From: a virus
Lineage: Duplodnaviria; Caudoviricetes
Virus record (IMG/VR): IMGVR_UViG_3300005581_000015
Span: 1-59,090 of that record
Strand: one strand, 5' to 3'
DNA length: 59,090 bases
Below the pieces are notes generated by a model, which was given only the letters and a program-made list of their open reading frames with translations, was not told the DNA's origin and searched no databases. Below are positions 18,823 through 27,421 of the stretch, piece after piece. The stretch's first letter is position 1. The number at the start of each line of letters is the position of its first letter. The position numbers were made by a program, and so were the translations under genes.

Positions 18823-20844
18823 ATGACATTTTTTTACGACTTAAACAAAAGACTAGACGGCATACGTGCCACTCCTGAAACTACTCATAAACAATTAAAT
18901 GAGCGTGACATGAGCAAGAGCATGGACGAAAGTGCGTTCCAAGCAGCCATTGGTAAAAAGAAATATGGTGACGAAGGCATGAAAGCCTTGCAAAAAGCTG
19001 GACGCAATCACTCCAGCGACAAGACCATGGATGCCATCCGTAACAGATTTGACAAGTACGATGAAAGTCAGGGCATGGCCGATGAAGGAACTGCATTTAC
19101 CAAGGCTGTAGTTGATGCCAAACGAGACGGTATTCAACCTGGTGAGAAAATCAACGTTGGCGGAAAAGAATATCCAGTCAAAGAAGCTGCAGGCGCAGTT
19201 GACTTTGACAAAGTACTAGATGCTATTGCCGCAATGTATGGCAATGACATGTGGCAAAATGATGCCATGCAGGATCTGGCCAATGATCTTGCACAGGCTG
19301 GACCAACTGATCGCGAACTAGATTTTATCATTGCCAAAGGTCGGTTACCAAAGCGTCTAGCTAACACACAATTCTCAGCAGGTGACAATGTTCAATTTGG
19401 CGAAGCCAGTGCTCCAATGACTGCCAAGCAAAAATCATTTGCCGCATTGGCTGAACCCAAAGACAAAATCACATTTGCTGACAAAATTGCTGGCGCCAAA
19501 AAAGAAGTTGACGAAATGCTAGGCGATGTAGCCGCAGAAGCAATGAAGAAAGCACTGGGTGGCGGCATGGGTCGCAGTGCTGAAATGGAAGAAAAAGAAG
19601 ATAACAGTCCATTCACAGCACACAAGCGTCCACGCACAGAACGACCCAAAGTCGGCAGCGTTGAGCGTGGGGCATTGCATGACATTGAACACACCGCAAC
19701 CGGTCGCAAAGTAACACGTAGAGTTGATCCCAACACCGGACACAGTGTTGGTGCCGATGATGACACTCCTGCCACTGGAGAAAAGCGTGGTAAAGGACGT
19801 CCAAAGAAAGCTGGCGGCCCAAATCAAGAGCGTGTAACTGCCAAGAGTCGTAAAACAGATCGCACAGCACATGGTCAGGATGGCTTTAAGAAAGATAAAA
19901 AAGTCAAAGAAAGTGACGAGTACGGTGATGAAGGCGACATGGCCAAAGATGACTTGCGTAGTATTGCCAAGGCAGCCGCAGAACTTAATTCATTGTTAAA
20001 CGACCATGATGATTTACCAGAGTGGGTTCAGAGCAAAATTACCAAAGCTCTAGACTACATCAACACCAGTAACCAATACATGGACCAGGAAAAATCTGAT
20101 GACGACACCGGCGATGATGTTGTAATGGGTGGCGATGAAGAGCTAGACGAAAAAGCCACAAGCAAAGCACAACGTAGAGCTGCCGCAATTGCCATGCATG
20201 CTCCCAAAGGCAAACTTCAGGGCGCCAGCAAAGAAATGAGCAAGATGCCCAAGAAAGAACTAGAGAAGTTTGCCGGCACAAAAGAAAAGGGCCTGCCTAA
20301 CAAGAAAGAAAAAACTCAAGAAACAACCTCTGCAGGTTCAGTGGCAACAAGCACTGCCGCTCCAAAGGCAGGCAAAGGCGGAGTACAGTTTGGTAAAGGC
20401 ATCTATGAAAGTCTAGATCGCCAGCTAAAACAACAACTCAACGAAGAAATGAGTATCAACATGAGTATTGGCACAGACGGCCGTAAAAGCATAACTGTCA
20501 CAGCCTCAGATGAAGATGCCGACCAACTAGCGCAGATTTTGAATCTAGCAGGTTTGCAAGGTCATGATCATGGCGCAGAAGCATGCCCTTCATGCGGCCA
20601 AGCCCCATGTGGTTGCGCTGAAGTTGTTGATGAGAATGCACCAGACTATCCACAGAACATGGGCCAAACGTCAGATACTAACTTTATGACCAAGACCAAT
20701 GCTGGCGGCTTAAACAAAGAAAAATATACTGGACAGTCAACTATTCCGGTATTGGCAAGCCAAGGTGATAGACAACATGCTTACGAGAATGTTGAACTAG
20801 AGCGTAGCTTGTTTAAATTGTATCAGGAAGTTAAATCAAAATGA
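18823..20844 (+). CDS. Large charged modular head/core protein with DUF3008-like module and AT-hook-like motif
   Basis: Repeated [LVM]-x-E sites (LNE, MDE, VKE, VDE, MEE, LDE), KRGKGRPKK, a KATSKAQRRAA...ELEKFAGTKEKGLP module and CPSCGQAPCGC. Confidence 0.55.
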   Translation: MTFFYDLNKRLDGIRATPETTHKQLNERDMSKSMDESAFQAAIGKKKYGDEGMKALQKAGRNHSSDKTMDAIRNRFDKYDESQGMADEGTAFTKAVVDAKRDGIQPGEKINVGGKEYPVKEAAGAVDFDKVLDAIAAMYGNDMWQNDAMQDLANDLAQAGPTDRELDFIIAKGRLPKRLANTQFSAGDNVQFGEASAPMTAKQKSFAALAEPKDKITFADKIAGAKKEVDEMLGDVAAEAMKKALGGGMGRSAEMEEKEDNSPFTAHKRPRTERPKVGSVERGALHDIEHTATGRKVTRRVDPNTGHSVGADDDTPATGEKRGKGRPKKAGGPNQERVTAKSRKTDRTAHGQDGFKKDKKVKESDEYGDEGDMAKDDLRSIAKAAAELNSLLNDHDDLPEWVQSKITKALDYINTSNQYMDQEKSDDDTGDDVVMGGDEELDEKATSKAQRRAAAIAMHAPKGKLQGASKEMSKMPKKELEKFAGTKEKGLPNKKEKTQETTSAGSVATSTAAPKAGKGGVQFGKGIYESLDRQLKQQLNEEMSINMSIGTDGRKSITVTASDEDADQLAQILNLAGLQGHDHGAEACPSCGQAPCGCAEVVDENAPDYPQNMGQTSDTNFMTKTNAGGLNKEKYTGQSTIPVLASQGDRQHAYENVELERSLFKLYQEVKSK

Positions 20845-21521
20845 AATCACTGCGTGACTATCTCAACGAAAGCGAATACGCCTACAACAACCCAGTGGTA
20901 GGCGATAATTTTGCTATCAACGTCAAAGAAGAATGTTTGTTAGAAACATACATCTGTGGCGAAACCAAAGATGGAATAGTATTACATGCTGACGATCGTT
21001 TAATGGACTTGCTTGAAAGTTATGGATATATTGGCACACAAATTGACGAAGCCACCAGCAACAGCATTGAGTTCCAAGGCCGCACAGTTGATCGTGCCAG
21101 CATAGAACTTGACGATGTAGATTCAAGTGATTATCCAGACTTTTCAGATGCATATATTAGCTACGCCACATACACTGATGGTACACCACTTGGTGATGAC
21201 GAACTAAATCAATTCAACGATCAATATTCTGACCTAGTACATGAGTTGGCATATGATAGTCTGCATGAAGATTCCATGGACGAAGCTGAATATCACGGAC
21301 GTAATGTTCCGTTAAACAAGCCCATGCAAGGTGATGTTAAAAAATCTAAAGTGTATGTTAAAAATCCCAAAGGTAACATAGTAAAAGTCAACTTTGGCGA
21401 TCCTAACATGAAAATTAAAAAATCAAACCCTGCTCGACGCAAGAGTTTTAGAGCAAGGCACAACTGTGAGAATCCTGGACCAAAAACCAGTGCTCGCTAT
21501 TGGTCATGTCGTGCTTGGTAA
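20841..21521 (+). CDS. Putative internal head protein with acidic middle and basic C-terminal modules
   Basis: MKSLRDYLNE start; middle DYPDFSDAYI module; C-terminal VKVNFGDPNM...RRKSFRARHNC...ARYWSC.AW. Confidence 0.6.
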   Translation: MKSLRDYLNESEYAYNNPVVGDNFAINVKEECLLETYICGETKDGIVLHADDRLMDLLESYGYIGTQIDEATSNSIEFQGRTVDRASIELDDVDSSDYPDFSDAYISYATYTDGTPLGDDELNQFNDQYSDLVHELAYDSLHEDSMDEAEYHGRNVPLNKPMQGDVKKSKVYVKNPKGNIVKVNFGDPNMKIKKSNPARRKSFRARHNCENPGPKTSARYWSCRAW

Positions 21522-21533
21522 AAGGAAAATAAA

Positions 21534-21833
21534 ATGCCCGCAAATGTCTATACAAGTTTAGGTAACGCAACAGTTTACACAGATAAACTACAAATTACCA
21601 CCGCTGCCAACGCAGTTACATATCAAACTTATGCTGTGGCCATAGGCACAGCAGCCGCCGCAGGCAATGTCTTTAGTGCACCTATTAATATTCCAGCCAA
21701 CACTGTGTTTGAAGTTTACTCGGGTGCAGGCAACAAAGTCACTGTTGTTGGAACACCATTTACTGCATTGGAACTTGGCACAGCCAGCTCAGGTATCATT
21801 GGCGTGTCAATGTCAGTGCCGCCATCAAGATAA
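21534..21833 (+). CDS. Small beta-rich structural-like hypothetical protein
   Basis: AAGGA SD; A/T/G/V-rich ORF. Confidence 0.6.
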   Translation: MPANVYTSLGNATVYTDKLQITTAANAVTYQTYAVAIGTAAAAGNVFSAPINIPANTVFEVYSGAGNKVTVVGTPFTALELGTASSGIIGVSMSVPPSR

Positions 21834-21837
21834 TATA

Positions 21838-22203
21838 ATGCGAGCACAGGAGTTTATCACCGAGCAAGACGGCACAATAGGCAAACGTAGACAAGTTGCC
21901 ACAGTGGGCCTAAATGTGTTCAGTGACAGTGAAAGATCCAATAGTGACTACACTCTTAATCGTGTGATGATGGCTGTGGCCATGGCCGACGGCTCTGGCA
22001 ATGCTTTGGACATGGATGAAAAAAGTTGGGTTGGCAAGCAACGTTCAGCACATCCTTATACCAAAGTTGAGCAAAACATGCTCAAACAGGCTTTCAAAGC
22101 CGCTGGCGCAAACTACACAGATTTAAATCACGGCGACATGGATTCTGAAGAGCATCCAGCAGTCAACACCACTAGCCCAATTCAAGGGTTCAAGGGCTAC
22201 TGA
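21838..22203 (+). CDS. Putative internal head protein, paralogue A
   Basis: Probable start MRAQEFITE at 21838; ends SPIQGFKGY. Confidence 0.65.
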   Translation: MRAQEFITEQDGTIGKRRQVATVGLNVFSDSERSNSDYTLNRVMMAVAMADGSGNALDMDEKSWVGKQRSAHPYTKVEQNMLKQAFKAAGANYTDLNHGDMDSEEHPAVNTTSPIQGFKGY

Positions 22204-22583
22204 TGAGAGCCCGTGAGTTCATTACTGAACAAAAAGAACTGGCACCAGAGCAGGCTAACCCCATGCGTTACACTTATGTGATTCCGGGACTCAGTGCATC
22301 GGACCCTTACAACAACTATAGATTTGGTGTGGCAATGGCTAGAGCCCGTAGCGATCAGGCAACCGACGGAGTAAACCCGTTCCGACCAGATTGGAGTGCA
22401 GAAACACCGTTTGGTGAACACGGTGTAGTAGTTGGCATGAATGCTGGCATTGCTCCACTTATTGACCAAGCATTGAAAATGACCAACACACCGGGTGGTA
22501 AGAAATTAGTGTCTACTCCCAAAAGCGATGAACCTGACTTTGTAGTCACACAAAGTCCAGTCAAGCCATTTAAGGGTTATTAA
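22203..22583 (+). CDS. Putative internal head protein, paralogue B
   Basis: MRAREFITE start; ends SPVKPFKGY; TGATG coupling to the previous gene. Confidence 0.65.
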   Translation: MRAREFITEQKELAPEQANPMRYTYVIPGLSASDPYNNYRFGVAMARARSDQATDGVNPFRPDWSAETPFGEHGVVVGMNAGIAPLIDQALKMTNTPGGKKLVSTPKSDEPDFVVTQSPVKPFKGY

Positions 22584-22587
22584 CATA

Positions 22588-22866
22588 ATGGCTAATCCAC
22601 CTCCACCATACGACAACATCACAGGTATAAGCCGTGCTGTGATGAAAGACAATGCACAAGTAACATTGGCCAACTACAATGGCAATGCTAGACCTGGCGA
22701 GCTGGTTGTTGACCAAAGCACCGATCAAGTGTATATTGGCAACAGCTCAGGTACGTTGACACAGATTGCTGCTGGCATTGACAACGGTGGATCTAGTGGA
22801 TTACCTGCAGGCTTTTATCAAATGGCATACAATCCCACCACAGGTGAAATTGTTTACTACACTTAA
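22588..22866 (+). CDS. Small structural-like hypothetical protein
   Basis: RPGELVVD..T..VYIGN motif typical of fibre/decoration proteins. Confidence 0.55.
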   Translation: MANPPPPYDNITGISRAVMKDNAQVTLANYNGNARPGELVVDQSTDQVYIGNSSGTLTQIAAGIDNGGSSGLPAGFYQMAYNPTTGEIVYYT

Positions 22867-22875
22867 CGTTTTAAT

Positions 22876-23313
22876 ATGAAAAAACTCTTCCTGCTCTTAC
22901 TTGTATTACCCGTGCTGGCCTTTGCACAACCCAAACAACGTCCAGGCGTCACATATGATGCTGTGATCACCAGAGTCATAGACGGTGACACAGTGGGCAT
23001 TCAAGCCACATGGCTGCCAGCACCGCTCAAACCAGAACTCAGTGTTCGTGTGTACGGTGTAGACACTCCTGAAAAAGGACATCGTGCGCAGTGTGCCAGT
23101 GAAGCACAAAGAGGTGAAGCAGCCTCGGCATTTACCAAGCAACTGATTGCCAACAGTCAAAAACGACAGATTGTGCTCATGGACTGGGACAAGTATGGCG
23201 GACGTGTGCTTGGCGACGTCATCCTCAACGGCGTTAGTCTGCGCCAACAGTTAATCGCCAATGGTTTTGCTCGCGAATATTACGGCGAAGCGAAAACCAG
23301 TTGGTGTCAATAA
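22876..23313 (+). CDS. Staphylococcal nuclease-like (SNase/thermonuclease) with signal peptide
   Basis: VIDGDTV, VRVYGVDTPE, DKYGGRVLG and LIANGFA motifs; Sec-type leader MKKLFLLLLVLPVLAFA. Confidence 0.9.
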   Translation: MKKLFLLLLVLPVLAFAQPKQRPGVTYDAVITRVIDGDTVGIQATWLPAPLKPELSVRVYGVDTPEKGHRAQCASEAQRGEAASAFTKQLIANSQKRQIVLMDWDKYGGRVLGDVILNGVSLRQQLIANGFAREYYGEAKTSWCQ

Positions 23314-23404
23314 CACACCTTAGGACCGGTACTTGTTACCGAACAGTGTGAGGCGGCTGCTGCCTTGGGTAATCCGATTCGCTACCGGAACCCCTGAAGT
23401 GAGC
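23314..23404 (+). ncRNA. Candidate structured non-coding RNA element
   Basis: GC-rich intergenic block with nested stems CACAC/GTGTG, CGGTA/TACCG, AGGC/GCCT, GGGT/ACCC and TCCG/CGGA, a possible TTCGCT/AGTGAG pseudoknot, and a following U-tract. Confidence 0.5.
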
Positions 23405-23442
23405 TTTTTCTTTTGACCAAACACTTTTAGTTAAATATTGGT

Positions 23443-25011
23443 ATGGCCGCAAAAGACGAAATCACATTAATCAAATCCCCGCATAAAAAACAGTTGTACT
23501 CAGACATAGAATTACAACAGTTTGCAAAGTGTGCTGACCCTGTGACAGGCCCACTGTATTTCATGGACAATTTTTTCTATATACAACATCCTACCAAAGG
23601 TAGAATGTTGTATCACCCGTTTGATTATCAACGTCGACTTGTGGAAACATATCACAACTATCGATTCAGCATTTCAATGATGCCGCGGCAAACTGGTAAG
23701 TCAACATCGGCAGCTGGATATTTGTTATGGTATGCAATGTTTGTACCAGACAGCACAATCTTGGTTGCCGCACACAAGTACACTGGATCACAAGAGATTA
23801 TGCAACGCATTCGTTATGCGTATGAAAGTGTGCCAGACCATATCAGAGCCGGAGTCACAAGTTACAACAAAGGCAATTTAGATTTTGACAATGGCAGTCG
23901 TATTGTTTCAGCAACTACCACAGAAAATACCGGTCGTGGTATGAGTATATCATTGCTGTACGCAGACGAGTTTGCATTTGTACGACCCACCATTGCCACA
24001 GAATTCTGGACCTCTATCAGCCCCACGTTGGCCACTGGTGGTAAAGCAATTATTACCTCAACACCCAACAGCGACGAGGATCAGTTTGCACTGTTATGGA
24101 AAGGTGCCAACAAGTGTGAAGATGCATATGGCAACCCCACTGAATTAGGTATCAACGGATTTAAATCATATCGTAGTTACTGGAAAGAACACCCGGACCG
24201 TGATGACAAATGGGCAGTTGAACAACGTGCACAATTGGGCGAAGATCGTTTTAGACGAGAAATGGACTGCGAGTTCATTATCAATGACGAAACACTAATT
24301 GCACCTACTACATTAATTGACTTAGCTGGTGAAGACCCAGCTTACAGAATTGGTCAAGTACGTTGGTACAAAAAACCCGAACGAGATCGCATTTATGTTG
24401 TGGCCTTGGATCCCAGCCTTGGCACCGGCGGCGATCCGGCTGCTATACAAATATTCGAAGCCAACACCACAGTACAGATAGGCGAATGGCGACATAATAA
24501 AACCACAATTCCTGAGCAAATACGCATACTGGCCGACATTGTTGCACACATCAACGAAGTTGTTAAAAATCCACAGAACGTGTATTTCAGTGTGGAAAAC
24601 AACACCATTGGCGAGGCCGCACTGATATCCATTGCTGAGTACGGAGAAGAAAACATACAGGGCTATTTCCTCAGCGAAATTGGTGGCACCAGTGGCCGCA
24701 GGTATCGCAAAGGATTTAACACAGCACACAAGAGCAAACTTGCGGCCTGTTCTAAATTCAAAAACTTAATTGAATCACGTCGAATGACCATCAACAGCCG
24801 GCCGTTAATCAGCGAGCTTAAAACCTTTGTGGCACATGGCCTTAGCTATGCGGCCAAACCCGGGGAAACTGACGACTTAGTAATGTCTACATTGTTGGCT
24901 GTGCGTATGCTACAAACCCTGCAAAACTACCACAGTGATCTCAATGCACAGATCAAAGACCACAGCGACATGCTAATTGAGCCCATGCCCTTTATTAGTA
25001 TAATGCGATAA
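23443..25011 (+). CDS. terL: Terminase large subunit (T4 gp17-like)
   Basis: FDYQ Q-motif, PRQTGKST Walker A, LLYADEFAF Walker B, ITSTPN, FRREMDCEF, VALDPSLG, VENN and DDLVMS motifs. Confidence 0.95.
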   Translation: MAAKDEITLIKSPHKKQLYSDIELQQFAKCADPVTGPLYFMDNFFYIQHPTKGRMLYHPFDYQRRLVETYHNYRFSISMMPRQTGKSTSAAGYLLWYAMFVPDSTILVAAHKYTGSQEIMQRIRYAYESVPDHIRAGVTSYNKGNLDFDNGSRIVSATTTENTGRGMSISLLYADEFAFVRPTIATEFWTSISPTLATGGKAIITSTPNSDEDQFALLWKGANKCEDAYGNPTELGINGFKSYRSYWKEHPDRDDKWAVEQRAQLGEDRFRREMDCEFIINDETLIAPTTLIDLAGEDPAYRIGQVRWYKKPERDRIYVVALDPSLGTGGDPAAIQIFEANTTVQIGEWRHNKTTIPEQIRILADIVAHINEVVKNPQNVYFSVENNTIGEAALISIAEYGEENIQGYFLSEIGGTSGRRYRKGFNTAHKSKLAACSKFKNLIESRRMTINSRPLISELKTFVAHGLSYAAKPGETDDLVMSTLLAVRMLQTLQNYHSDLNAQIKDHSDMLIEPMPFISIMR

Positions 25012-25021
25012 ATAAAAAACT

Positions 25022-27385
25022 ATGGCAACAAATACACCTTCAGCACAATTACACGATTTATTGGTCACGCATGACTTTGATGTAGAATCAAAAGATGCCA
25101 AACGCCCTAACACCACACCTGCGCCCGAAGATGCAGACATGTTTGTGTTTGATTTTGAGGCCAACGGAAACAACTATGGCACTGTGGTGACCTTATTTGA
25201 CAAAGACGGAACATTGAATTTATTCTACGGTGACAACGTGGGAAAATCCATGGAACCTGCAGATAAAAAAGAATGGTACGATTTTCTTTACCAGCTCACC
25301 ATGTTTGCCAAGCGCAACTGCCCGTCTTTTGAAATGCAAAACATCAGTAGATTGAAGTACACTCTCAAAGGCATTTCGGCAATCAACGAAGGATTGTTTG
25401 AAGGCTACTATGGAAACAAGAAAGTCAGCTATGCCGGCGAGCCCACAGAAGCACGATTGATGATCAAACACAATCGTCAACTGGGTGAAAATGACAAGCG
25501 TTATCGTTATGTGGAAAGTTTGTTTATTGAAACTGCAGATGATCAAAGATTTAGACTACCATTTACAAATCTAGCTGGTGGCCGCGCCATGCTAGAGCAT
25601 GTACGCCAGGGTGGCAAGCCCTACGACATTCGTGGTTGCCATATTGCAGAAATGGTGGAAGATGCCAAAGTACTAAGCAGATTTAATCGTGCTAAACAAA
25701 ATAAGATTTTTGAAGGCGAAACCAGCGAGTTAGTTGAAGCCAGCACAGCCTACTACGAAAGTGTACGCCACACTATCAAAAGTCTAGGCAACGGACGTGG
25801 ATATCAAAAGTACTTTGAGTCCTGGAGTCCAGCGCAGATCAACGAAACTGACACCTTAGTTGACTCAATAAAAGAAATGTTTATTGAACAAACACTAGAC
25901 TCTAGAATTGAGCAGGCCCTGCCAATACTGGCCAAAATAAGACAAAGAGAGACCAATATGAAAGAAGCACAAGTATTTGAAAACTGGGTCAACCAGGTAT
26001 GTGAGGGAACTTGGAGTTTGCCAGACGATCCTGACCAACGAGCTAAATTACAAAAGCTAATGAGCCAACCGTTGCTGGTTGGTCCAGACGCAACCAATGC
26101 CACTGAACAGTTGTATGACCTAGTGGGTGATGATCAGTTGTTTGATATCTTGGGCGACATAGCTGACCAGGATGGTGGCCCAGACATGAACGCCTGGGAT
26201 GATCCGCGTGTGATGGACCGCATGTATGAATTGGGCATTGATATGGCCCAGCCAGATGGTAATCAGGAGCAAGACATTGACCCTAGACAAGATCTAGATG
26301 AGTTGTCTCCTCAAACACTGGCAAGTTATGTTAAAAAATCCAATACTGATGCTAGAGATAGACTTCGTCAAGATCCAAAAAATCAATTTAAAAAAGCTGA
26401 AAAAAGAACCGCTGGTATAGGTCAAGCCATTGGCAAAATTCGTGCCACAATGGAACCTGCTACTAAACAGCAAGGTGTAGAGGAAGGTGCCATGAAGCAC
26501 CAAATGCATGCTGATGCAGACCGCATGAGTCGTGAACAATTTTGTGACAAGTATGGCAACGAGAACGGAGAATTCTGGGATAACATAAATGGCGAACTCA
26601 ACGAGGGCCAAGAAGACAGCGCAGTAGCCAGTGCTCTTACACGTCGCATCATGAGTCAACGTTTGGATTTGCTAAAGAAATATGGTCCAGTAAAAGTTAC
26701 TCAAGCAATTGATTCTGCCGCAGAATTTTTTGGTGACGTAGAAGAAATTGGTAGCAGTGACCTGAATGCCTACATGCAATATGTTGAAAAAGAACTAGGC
26801 GGCATGGCTGAGCAAGGTATAGATGAAGCTGATATGAACCGTAGAGGATTCTTAAAAGGACTTGGCGCTGCCGCAGTGGCCGGAGCCGCTGGTGTAGCAA
26901 GTGCTGATCAACAACAAGATTTAGGCAATGGCTTTGTTTTAACAACTATCAATGTTGCTGGACACACAGTTAAAGCAGTATTAGACACTGAAAGCAACAT
27001 AAGTGTTACTCTAAATCGTGGTACTAATGGATCTGCTATTATCAGAAGTCAAGCACGTTTTCTTTCAGTCAAGGATGGAAAAATTGTAGGCGCAAGCATG
27101 GATGTTGGACCGGCCACCACTGCCGCAATGAAAAAAGCTGGACTGTTAGAAAATGTAGAGCACGGTATGGAGGAAGCAATTGATCCAACAAATCCCAGAG
27201 ACTACGAGATTCCAGCTTACCAACGCAAGGAAAAAGGTATGCCACCCCTGACCCCCAGCGACATCGAAGACAAAGACAACGCCAGTCCAACCACACAACA
27301 AGGTCTAGACACACTAAAAAACAAATTGGGCATTAGAGAAAACAAAGATTTGACTAGAATTAAGCAACTTCTTCAAAAGATATAA
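25022..27385 (+). CDS. Large late protein whose C-terminal half is a string of short modules separated by x-x-E sites
   Basis: TAAATA at 25009-25014; LDE, GVEE, LNE, GMAE, GIDE, LLE, GMEE and IRE linkers; internal RRGFLK Tat-like motif. Confidence 0.7.
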   Translation: MATNTPSAQLHDLLVTHDFDVESKDAKRPNTTPAPEDADMFVFDFEANGNNYGTVVTLFDKDGTLNLFYGDNVGKSMEPADKKEWYDFLYQLTMFAKRNCPSFEMQNISRLKYTLKGISAINEGLFEGYYGNKKVSYAGEPTEARLMIKHNRQLGENDKRYRYVESLFIETADDQRFRLPFTNLAGGRAMLEHVRQGGKPYDIRGCHIAEMVEDAKVLSRFNRAKQNKIFEGETSELVEASTAYYESVRHTIKSLGNGRGYQKYFESWSPAQINETDTLVDSIKEMFIEQTLDSRIEQALPILAKIRQRETNMKEAQVFENWVNQVCEGTWSLPDDPDQRAKLQKLMSQPLLVGPDATNATEQLYDLVGDDQLFDILGDIADQDGGPDMNAWDDPRVMDRMYELGIDMAQPDGNQEQDIDPRQDLDELSPQTLASYVKKSNTDARDRLRQDPKNQFKKAEKRTAGIGQAIGKIRATMEPATKQQGVEEGAMKHQMHADADRMSREQFCDKYGNENGEFWDNINGELNEGQEDSAVASALTRRIMSQRLDLLKKYGPVKVTQAIDSAAEFFGDVEEIGSSDLNAYMQYVEKELGGMAEQGIDEADMNRRGFLKGLGAAAVAGAAGVASADQQQDLGNGFVLTTINVAGHTVKAVLDTESNISVTLNRGTNGSAIIRSQARFLSVKDGKIVGASMDVGPATTAAMKKAGLLENVEHGMEEAIDPTNPRDYEIPAYQRKEKGMPPLTPSDIEDKDNASPTTQQGLDTLKNKLGIRENKDLTRIKQLLQKI

Positions 27386-27421
27386 ATAATCATTGACACA
27401 AAGCAAAAATGCGTGTACACT
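27381..27421 (+). promoter_or_regulatory. Tandem late (TATAAATA) and sigma70 (TTGACA-N17-TACACT) promoters of the SSB gene
   Basis: TATAAATA at 27381-27388; TTGACA at 27393-27398; TACACT at 27416-27421. Confidence 0.7.

Noticed and set aside
23311-23360. Twister ribozyme (TAACAC...CCGGT...AGTG..AG resemblance)
   Set aside because: The conserved L4 loop (GUCCCAAGCCC-like) and its pseudoknot partners are missing; kept only as an unknown structured RNA.
23443-25011. Intein or intron in terL, uvsX, uvsW or primase
   Set aside because: Motif spacing and lengths are normal; no splicing motifs.
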